Shown piece by piece: positions 54,051 through 64,000 of a stretch of 64,000 nucleotides of DNA (its first letter is position 1; each line of letters starts with the position of its first letter). The DNA lies in contig CM041465.1 of assembly GCA_023213395.1 (NCBI GenBank), positions 175,901,741 to 175,965,740 on the forward strand, written 5' to 3'. The stretch is from Cycas panzhihuaensis (Eukaryota; Plantae; Cycadophyta). The notes under the pieces are model-generated. The model ran no database searches and was not told where the DNA came from. It saw nothing but the letters and a program-made list of their open reading frames with translations. The translations under genes were made by a program, and so were the position numbers.

Positions 54051-56378
54051 CCAAACTAAGGCATATTTTTCATGCAATAGAGGTACCACAAAGTATTTCA
54101 TGATACTATAAATCTCTTTATTGTATAATTGTCACAAACCTAGATTCAAGTTTATCGATGACAATCAACTCATAAATACTTCTCTAATAGTCCTGGGTGG
54201 CCTACCTCAACCCTATATTGGCGTATGTCAGATTTAGGTGGCCCAAGAAGCTGAAATATCCTAGTTTGATCTTCTGTATGTGGTATTGGCCTAAATCCAT
54301 AAGCAAGACTCATGGATTTATCTCATGGTTTTCTTCAACATTATGGGCTAAAAACCACTTCCCTTAGCCTTGATCTCATCTATAAATCTCCTCAATTTTT
54401 TAATGGAAAAGAGGATATCAAGTGGATAAATACACCACATCATTATACTATGGAGATTTTATGAGAATTAAGCAACCATGATCCACACTTTTTTTTTGTG
54501 ATTGCATTATACTACATACTTTTAGTAGTAACAGTGAGTTTTAGAGGGAAGTTTTGTAACTATTGGCCATCTCCATCATTCAAGGAAGAGGTGATCCTCC
54601 TACTTTTGCTTTTTGGTAAATGTTCCATGTGTTTTTGTTAGTTATTTTCAATCTATTTTGTTCCATTTAATTTGTCATTTATTACTTAATCATTCCCCAT
54701 GTACAACATTTCCCTTATTTGCCTACTTCTTGCTCATTCTTCCACAAGTTCAAAAGAGGAAGTTATAAAGGGAGGTAACACCCAAGTACCACTTAGGAAG
54801 TTTACCACATTAAAGAGAAACTTGGGCTATTATGAGGCTCCCTCCACCCATCTCTTATTAGTTAATTTAAATATCTCTTTGGCACAACTTTGATTTGCAT
54901 TACATGTTAGAGATATTATGTATATTTTGTTGTACTCTTGGTTAAAAATTATCTTACAAGTATACTAACTACATTGTAGAAAGAAAGAAAATCAAGATAT
55001 ATCTCCATCGTTAGCCAGGAGCTTGGGCTTATCTGCTAAAATCCTTCTTTAGTAATGAACCCCAAAAAGGTATGTTATCTCATTAAGATTTAGTTCATAT
55101 TTTTAGATTTTAGAGTCTTTATTGTATTATTTCCTACATCATAATCATATCCAATAAGCATAAATGTTGTTAGATTTGCTTTAGATTTTCATCATAGTGC
55201 ATTTCCATTAGGATTATCTCCTTGTCATCATTCACTATGAGTTGAGAAAAGGTGTTGTCTAATAGATGAATCCTACTACCTCTAGATATACCATCCTTTC
55301 CACTCATATTCGATTATTTTCTTTTTAATAAGGCAAAAGAAAAGAAGAAGAAATAGAGGTTTTATGACTGATCTATGGAGTAAGAGAAAAGGAATCTAGG
55401 AGCATCTCTTTTGGCCTACACACCCCCATCTCCTCTTTCTTCCTTATGAAAAGAAAATTACCAAGGAAAAGAAAGTGTAGGATAAAAAAAGAAAATTAGT
55501 ATCCCTACATTCTTTTCTCACTTACATTACATTGCATGAAATGTTAGGTGTATTTTTCTTTATCTTTTTGCTTAATTATAAGTCTAAACAAGAGAAGGGA
55601 TCACATGTTTGTAAATCCCTAAACTCATGGGCCAATATTATATCCTTACTTAGAGTTTTCTTATTGTTTTCATTAAACAAAAAGGGTATGTAGTTTTATA
55701 TAGGTTGTGGTACCTCCTCCCCCCAGTTTGTTATAAGCCCCTAAAGCCCAAAAAGTAAGACTATCCATATGTATACACCCTCACATTACCCTAGTTTAGC
55801 CTTTGTTTCATCATTTGATGTATAGTATTTCCTCATATTCACATCTAAGAGATGCACATATTCCTTAGTTAAGGTCATTAGTTCACTCTCCCATGTATTT
55901 GACCTCCACATCAATGGGTTATTTATTCATAACCTACTCCCATAACCATGCATATTTTCCATGTTACAGTAAAAGGCTCAGGATTCCCACAACTACCCCT
56001 GTCAATGTGGATAATTAATACCATAGCATAGACACAAGAGTGACTCAAAGTAGACTCACTAACTAGATGAAGGTGGAAAGAATTAACCAATTATCATAAG
56101 CATTCAGTCAGGTCTATATAATTTGACTAAGATAATAAATAAGACTTGACCCTCAGGAGTAAATATATACCAGTGTCACAACCTCTCTTAAGGCCTGCCA
56201 CACGTTATATCCATGCTAGATAGGTTTTGACCATAATTAAGACCATGGTGAGTCCATGCCACTGGATTTAAAGGTCCTAAATGACCCACGTAACTAGATC
56301 CAACCTATAAACCATGGGTGGAGATAAGGTTGTTGGATGTTAATGAGGTGGTGGCAGATATGCTCCCCTAATTAAAAC

Positions 56379-56379
<1 letters not shown>

Positions 56380-56416
<37 letters not shown>

Positions 56417-56528
56417 CATACATACATACATATATACATACATATATATACATATATATATACATATATATAGATATATATATATACATACATACATATA
56501 TATACATACATACATACATATATATACA

Positions 56529-56561
<33 letters not shown>

Positions 56562-56660
56562 GTATGTATGTATGTATGTATGTATATCTATATATATATG
56601 TATGTATGTATGTATATATATATGTATGTATATATATATATCTATGTATATATATAAATG

Positions 56661-56711
<51 letters not shown>

Positions 56712-56827
56712 ATCTATATATAGATATATATATACATACATATATATATATACATATATACATACATACATACATACATATACATATACATACATATATA
56801 TATGTATACATATACATATATATGTAT

Positions 56828-56869
<42 letters not shown>

Positions 56870-56905
56870 ATATATATATATACATACATCTATATATATA
56901 TATAG

Positions 56906-56945
<40 letters not shown>

Positions 56946-57087
56946 CTATATATATATGTATATATATATATACATATATATCTATATATATATATATATG
57001 TATATATATACATATATATATATATATATAGATATATATCATATATATATATATATACATACATACATATACATATGTATATATATA

Positions 57088-57132
<45 letters not shown>

Positions 57133-57266
57133 ATATATATGTATATAGATATATATATATATATGTATATATATACATACACACATATATATATGTATAT
57201 ACATATCTATCTATATATATATATACATATCTATATATATAGATAGATATATAGATATGTATATAG

Positions 57267-57304
<38 letters not shown>

Positions 57305-57344
57305 GTATATGTATATATATACACATATATATATGTATATGTAT

Positions 57345-57385
<41 letters not shown>

Positions 57386-57445
57386 GATAGATATATATAT
57401 ATATATACATATATGTATATGTATATATACATATACATATATGTA

Positions 57446-57481
<36 letters not shown>

Positions 57482-57677
57482 TATGTGTGTGTGTGTGTGT
57501 GTGTATACATATATATACACACACACACACACACATACACACACACACACATACACATATATATATATATTTATGTATATATGTATGTATGTACATACAT
57601 ACATATATATGTGTGTATGTGTGTGTGTGTATGTGTATGTGTATATGTGTGTATATATATATATATGTATATATATA
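56380..57677. repeat. ~1.3-kb compound (TA)/(TG)/(CA)/(TACA)/(TATG) microsatellite
   Basis: Directly visible. Confidence 0.98.
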
Positions 57678-58445
57678 ATTTCACTTAAACCTGGCCCTCG
57701 ATTGATTTCCATATACCTTATTAATTGATTTATCTGATCATAGGTGTATTTGCTTGTTAAAAGAGATTATATTTAGTTATTTAAAATATTTGTTATGTTT
57801 TCAATTGAGTTTAATATGATTTTAGTGAAATAGAATGTTAGTTTGATAATGATTGATGCTTGGATGATGATGTTTGTATGATGATATATTTGATGTGCTA
57901 ATGAATGAAACTGTAGCAACAAATCTTTCCTTGTTTTCTATTTTGAACTATTTTTCCTTATATTTCACCTCTTTTTAAGTCATCTTTCTCTCAACTTTTA
58001 TGCTTTGATTATTATCTTTTCATGTTTTTAGGCTTGGTTATCAATTTAGCACCTGTTTTGGGCCATTTTTATCTTTTATAAAATCATATTTTTTTAATTT
58101 TAGTAATGCTTTAGTGTTTTTTTAATATTTTTACTTATTTTCTATATTTTTTATTTGCTTGTATTTTTTTGTTACCAAAAATATGATTTTATTCACAAAA
58201 TACGATCGATCATGTTTTATGAATAAAATTACATTTTTCATCCTTTATAAAACATGATCAATTATGTTTTATGAAGGAAATCACATTTTTTACTATGCCA
58301 CATGCAAAGTTTTTTAGTCAAAATCATCATTTTCCCTCTTACTTCATTGACCACAATCTAGATTTCATACTATCAACTCCTCTTTCATTGAGAAGCCCCA
58401 TGGACTCTAAAGAACTGAGGGTTGCTGCATCTTTTCGTAAGAAGG

Positions 58446-61202
58446 TGTAGGAAACAATATATGGAGCCACAATGCTCTGATACCAAATGAAGGAAAATAT
58501 GCTTGCAAACTAACAAGTTAGACCATATATCAAATAAGCATAAACTAGTATTGCATTAATACAGCAGTGTATCACGATTACAATAGCATAAAACCATGAG
58601 AGCCTTGTTGTTCAATCCATTGTAGCAGAATGAGTATTCCAAATCTTCCTCAAAAGTAGGTGGTGTCTAAAGACACCAGGGTTGTACACCCCTTAACATT
58701 TATAGTTTGGGAGGAGGAAACTCCTCAACCCCTGAATTCAAATTAATAATAAAATAATACTAACTAACTCAAATGAAACTAACTCAACTTACCTTAACTT
58801 ACCTTGACATGTTGAGCATCACATGTCTAAATTGAGGTGCACAATCTGGTAGGTAAGAGGAGTTGAGTGATGACATTACACCCAACATTCTCCCCTTAAT
58901 GTCGGCCACGAACACTTGTATCTTTTCCTTGAACTTGTGGAACTGGTACTTGAAAAAAACTTTGAAATTCCAATCTTGATCTTTGTCAATGCTTCTCACC
59001 CTTATAGTCACATATATCTCTTTATTATAGAATGATGTAGGAAGACTATAGGTAGATAAAACTTGATGCAAAAGTAGATGAATAATTGTAATTTGGACTT
59101 GAACTTTTGTACTCTTTATGCTTTGAATAGTTGTCATATCACCAGGTTCATTCTTCGTTATGTCATAAGATTCATCTTCATGACGCTCCCCCTCAAATGG
59201 AGGATCAAATCCAGGCAACAAGGTGGTCCCGCATTTGATCCGAATCTTCATTGGTGTTGAATTATGATCTACCTGCTCACACCGCCTCACATGCTCATCA
59301 AAAGTTTCATCAAATACAGTGGGGATATCTCCCCCATAAATGGAAATCAATAAATCCCAAACAGACTTAGATGTTGTTAATTCAGAAACCAATGAAAAGA
59401 CATCATCAGTCATAGTGCAAAATAATAAACCTAATACTTCATTATCTTTTCTAAAGTTTTCTTTAATGCTAAGGTCAAATTCATGTTGTAAATACTTTAA
59501 AAGATCACGTTCAATAAAGTAAGTGTGCATAGTATCATACCATAGTGAATAGTTATGGCCATTGAAAATGGGGAATTGTGCCATTTTGAAAGTAATTTAA
59601 TCAATAAGAAAATGATGATAAGATCAAGTAGAAATATTGAGTAAACAATGAGATATAAACTAGAATTTTCTTTACAATTTTTGAAAGAAGACAAGCTTGT
59701 TAGGATGTATATATATGCTCAACTTTAACAGATTGAAAACTATATTGAATGAGGTCAGAATAGCTTAAAATTTTATCAATATGTAGATTGCTGAAATGTG
59801 AATCCAATAAAACAGACGGTTTTGAAATTGGATACCAAAAAGTCACGTTTTGAATGAGCCAAAGGAAAGGACCTCCTTATGGAGCTTAATAGGAGCAGGG
59901 TAGGCAAAAATTGTATAAAAGTACTAATTAATCTCAGGAAAATTTGAACAAATGATCAAATATTATATATAAAGTAATCAATATTCTGCCAATTGAAAAT
60001 TTTGAAAAAATATATTGAATAGGTGTAAAAAACAACAGATTTATGCCAATAAAATGACTCAACTTTAGCTGATTTGAAATATAAGCAAAATATGTCAAAA
60101 TATATGAAAAAATATATCACAGTGAAGAGAAATGAGTCAGCTTCCCAACGAAGCTGACGGAAATAAAATCTGATAAAAATTGCAAAAGTTATAGTGAAAA
60201 AAGTGACGAGTATCTTTATGGAGAAAGTTCAAGAAACAGGCAAAATCAACTAATTTTCTTATTTTAACGATTAAAATATCAGTGAAAATGAAGTCAAAAA
60301 ATAAAAATAAAAGATGGGTATTGGAGTCTATATGACGTAGATCACAATAGAAAAGATTTGGATACAAAACAGTTTACCAACAATAAATAGCAGCTAGTTC
60401 AAAAACCGATTTTGTTAAAATTGCAAAAAACGCTGAAATTTCGAAAGTCCAATGTTAAAAAGGTTGAAACGAGGTCAAATGGGCACCAAATTGGTCTTAT
60501 GACCAGTCGAAATTGATCTACGGAAAATTTCTGATCTGATGGCACAGGTTTCGTCTGAAACCGATGAGCCAAATAGAAGTTATGGCCAAAAATGCGCCAA
60601 TAACCCTATGGAAAAATAAAATTTTTAAAAAAATAAAGTTTAAAATGAAAAAATTTCTTTAAAAAACGGTCTAAAGCTGAACTGGGCTGGGATTGAACCC
60701 AAGACCAGCCGGAAAACAGGAACCTCCGATGCCAGGAGGGTGAACTCGCTCTGATACCAAATGTAGGAAACAATATATGGAGCCACAATGCTCTGATACC
60801 AAATGAAGGAAAATATGCTTGCAAACTAACAAGTTAGACCATATATCAAATAAGCATAAACTAGTATTGCATTAATACAAAGAAGGTATCACGATTACAA
60901 TAGATAAAACCATGAGAGCCTTGTTGTTCAATCCATCAGTAGCAGAATGAGATTCCAAATCTTCCTCAGTAGGTGGTGTCTAAAGACACCGTGGTTGTAC
61001 ACCCTTAACATTTATAGTTTGGGGAGGAGGAAACTCCTCAACCCCTGAATTCAAATTAATAATAAAATAATACTAACTAACTCAAATGAAACTAACTCAA
61101 CTTACCTTAACTTACCTTGACATGTTGAGCATCACATGTCTAAATTGAGGTGCACAATCCTGGTAGGTAAGAGGGAGTTGAGTGATGACATTACACCCAA
61201 CA
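58446..61202 (-). mobile_element. Young non-autonomous copia-derived LTR element with gag only (TR-GAG-like), 2757 bp
   Basis: LTRs 58446-58887 and 60762-61202, TG...CA, nearly identical. Perfect TSD GAAGG (58441-58445, 61203-61207). Perfect PBS TGGTATCAGAGC (60748-60759); PPT AAGGGGAGAA next to 58887; CpGs retained. Confidence 0.96.
58799..59584 (-). CDS. Copia-type Gag N-terminal (UBN2-like) ORF, 261 aa, running through the PPT into the 3' LTR
   Basis: MAQFPIFNGHNYSLW..M..Y....DL; KDNEVLGLLFCTMTDDVFSLVSELTTSKSVWDLLISIYGG is the typical copia gag N-terminus. Uninterrupted reading frame. Confidence 0.8.
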   Translation of the reverse strand: MAQFPIFNGHNYSLWYDTMHTYFIERDLLKYLQHEFDLSIKENFRKDNEVLGLLFCTMTDDVFSLVSELTTSKSVWDLLISIYGGDIPTVFDETFDEHVRRCEQVDHNSTPMKIRIKCGTTLLPGFDPPFEGERHEDESYDITKNEPGDMTTIQSIKSTKVQVQITIIHLLLHQVLSTYSLPTSFYNKEIYVTIRVRSIDKDQDWNFKVFFKYQFHKFKEKIQVFVADIKGRMLGVMSSLNSSYLPDCAPQFRHVMLNMSR

Positions 61203-64000
61203 GAAGGAAGAAGTGAAAAAAGAGAGTGAATTAAGAGATTTAAACTTAGTGACCTTAGAAGTGATACAAAAATCCTATTTTCTAAGATTTACTAAAATGA
61301 TTATCTTCTGCAAAGTCTTCATTTTTGCTTTGACTCTCCTATAAGAGGTTTGGTAATATTATTTATATTCATTTGCTTGTGTTTTGATGGTTTGGTTCTC
61401 ATATTGTGCTTTTTATGATATCTTCACAATCTTGGTACTTATTTTGATTATGCTTTTTTATTTTCCTTGGAATAAACTTGGTTGAAAGGTTAGTCCTTTG
61501 TGGCATTTCTAAAGGACAATTAAAGTAAAGAGAGATCTTCCTCTTCACCATCATTATATAGCTCCTCCCTCCTATTCCTCATAGTAGCCAAGTTCTTCCA
61601 AGATATTTTGTCTCATCCTTCTAGTTTTGGCAGTGCTTTTATTATTTAATCTTTACAAATTTCCCTTTTTCTATCTATTTTAAAAGGAAAATTAGTGAAA
61701 GACTAGAAAGAAAAAGAAGATTTCTATCCTAAGGCATAACTATAATGACTTTTATTATGAAATTTTATGATTGTTTGTTGTGGTTTCCTTGATTCTCCTT
61801 TTTTCTTTATTCTTACAAAAGAATACAAAAAAGAAAAGAAAGAATAGACTTTACATGTCCTTCTTATTACTTATATCATAAGAGATAGGATAAACTTAAC
61901 AATTTTATGGTCACATGTTCCTTAAATGAATATTAAGTTACTATGTACTTTCATGTTTAAGCTCTCAATGGATGATATGAGTGAATTTGAGCTTGCATAT
62001 TAATTTTACATCTTGCATGTTATCTTTTATGGTTTATTTTATTGGTTTGAAATAATTTCATGGTTTGAAATATTACAAACTTCATCAAGATCACACATGT
62101 AAAAAGAAGAATTTACAAGAAGCTTCTCATGTAATCAACCTTCACTATTTGGGTATGTATGTGAGTTTCTTTTGTAAAGTTTATCTTTGTATCTCTTTTA
62201 TTTGAGATCAAAATTTATTAAAAGAGCTTAGATTAAGAATTCTTTTATTCTCTTTGTTTCTTTTACCTAGGCAAGTTTCTTTTAGTTTCATTTTGTTTGA
62301 AAAGCTTTCTTTTCCTTTAATTAAAAAAAAAAAAAAAGATGTATGATTTTTCTTAGTTTAACTTGCTTTCTTTCATGTAAATTGGTCTTGTGAATGTATA
62401 ATTGCATGATCGCAATCCCCTTTCCTTTCTTGAAGTAAACTTAAAACATTAAAAGAGATAAAGGAAGGACAGAAACAAAAACATTATTAGTACAACTCTC
62501 AAACTTAAATCTCCTATGCCTATTTGTGTAGGCTAGTCTATTTCTTTTATCAAGTTGGAACCATATATTCTAGCCACTTGCTTTTGAATCTACTTCTAAT
62601 TATAAAACATAAACAAGTAGAGACTCCTTCTTAGGAGTTGATGAAAATGGTTCTAGGGCCCTTGTAGACTGATTTACCTCTCATTAATCAATTGAAATAG
62701 AGGAAATATAAAACTATTGAGAGATAATCAACCTAGGCCAGTTCTCCACCAAAACCACACACACTGATATATATATATATATATATAGTTTTATAGTTTT
62801 CTTTTTTTTTTTCTCTCTTTCTTTTTTTTCCCTTCTTCTTTTGCCTTATAGGAGTATACGTATATGTTACCAACATGGTGTGAAGCAGGCATGGTGGCAA
62901 GCCAAACCATGGGGAAGCTAAGTAGGCTCATCATATAAGCTATGATTTAACAAAGGGCTCAACCAAACCATAAGAAATATCTAAGGTGGGTCAAAACGTG
63001 GGGTATGAAGGGCAAGTCATATCAATACCCTAAGAACTTATCATAGGACATGCATATAATGGGATCCTTAGGTCAATGACCATGAAGAACCAAAACTCGC
63101 AATTATAATGGACACTAAGCAAGAGACATTATAAGCCCATTTCTGAGCTATGAGTCATCTAGGATGACATATAAGCATCACTAAGGTTATGAAGGAGACC
63201 CATGAGCTAAGAAAGTAAGTAAGCAATTATGCAAGTGAAGTTGATATAAAGGAGCTAAGGGCACCTAGAGCTTAATCAATGGGTATGTTGAAAGCAAAGA
63301 AGGACCCATGGGTTGATAGCATGGTCAAATGGTGGTGTAATAATAAAGGACTAAGCTAGAGATATAATTATGTGAATAAAAGACAATATTAAAGAATAAA
63401 GGAGAACATAAGACATGACAAGAGAGTGGGGGTCAAGTAGCACTCAACATATAAGGGGCCAACATGGGTATGAAATATGTTCCTATAGATTATAAACACT
63501 AATATACAAAGAGATAACTTGCCTAAAGTGAAGAAGAATCCTATGTCAAAGTGAATGAAGTCATCAATAGCATGCATTAATAACAATAAGAGTTAGGTCT
63601 TAGGCTAAAAATTAAAAAGCTAGGAGGTAGAGATAGTTATCTTGAGGAGATATAAATGAAGTTAGCAAGATTAGGGTCCCAATGAATCAAATGGGAGGTA
63701 AAATAGGTGTCAAATGGTCAAGTTATGGTGGTTTGTATGTATCTGGTTTTCTTATTTAATTTTCATTTCCATTTTTCAAGTGAAAGATTCCATGAAGAAA
63801 GCCTAGTCATATTTACCACACAACCTTCCAAAGATCATTAGGAGAAAACTAATCATTAGAATCATAACCAAGTGGAGCTGTTGGGTCTATTGGTGAGTGG
63901 ATTATCCAAATTTATTTTTTATCATTTTATTTTTTATTAGGATTATATCCTAACTCATGTAAATTTATCTAAATAGAGGTCTATTCATTCCCTGTTCATG

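Noticed and set aside
52300-56340. Further gag/LTR-like remnants, including a PBS-like TGGTGTAAGAGT at ~53438-53449
   Set aside because: Probably TE-derived, but no paired LTR, TSD or clear protein motif could be established by eye.
56340-57728. Cluster of overlapping ORFs on both strands
   Set aside because: Same microsatellite artefact.
62866-64000. TGTTACC-starting purine-rich segment as an LTR start
   Set aside because: No partner LTR, PBS or PPT inside the window.

Overview
AT-rich, CpG-depleted land-plant genomic DNA, almost all nested and decayed LTR retrotransposons plus giant (TA/CA/TG)n microsatellites. One intact host gene is present and is missed by the ORF track because it is spliced. 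It is a 6-exon histidine phosphotransfer protein (AHP/HPt, cytokinin phosphorelay) on the minus strand at 1602-2627, in a CpG-rich island with what look like two duplicated TATA/Inr core promoters. Mobile elements: two decayed Ty3/gypsy elements; two related Ty1/copia elements, one full-length and one lacking the first ~22 bp of its 5' LTR (6487-14100 minus, 18635-26219 plus); and a very young gag-only (TR-GAG-like) copia derivative (58446-61202, TSD GAAGG) whose LTRs contain a second primer-binding site. Most striking is a non-autonomous 4.5-kb LTR element (32542-37009, TSD TATCC, PBS, PPT) whose cargo is an intronless copy of the N-terminal tandem BRCT domains of a BCP1/At4g02110-type DNA-damage protein, partly duplicated by a 4.3-kb tandem duplication. 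The two copia elements share covarying RNA hairpins in their leaders and 3' UTRs. A perfect 71-bp fold-back inversion records a recent template-switch event. All alignments and identities were done by eye, and homology calls come from recalled family motifs; no searches were run.
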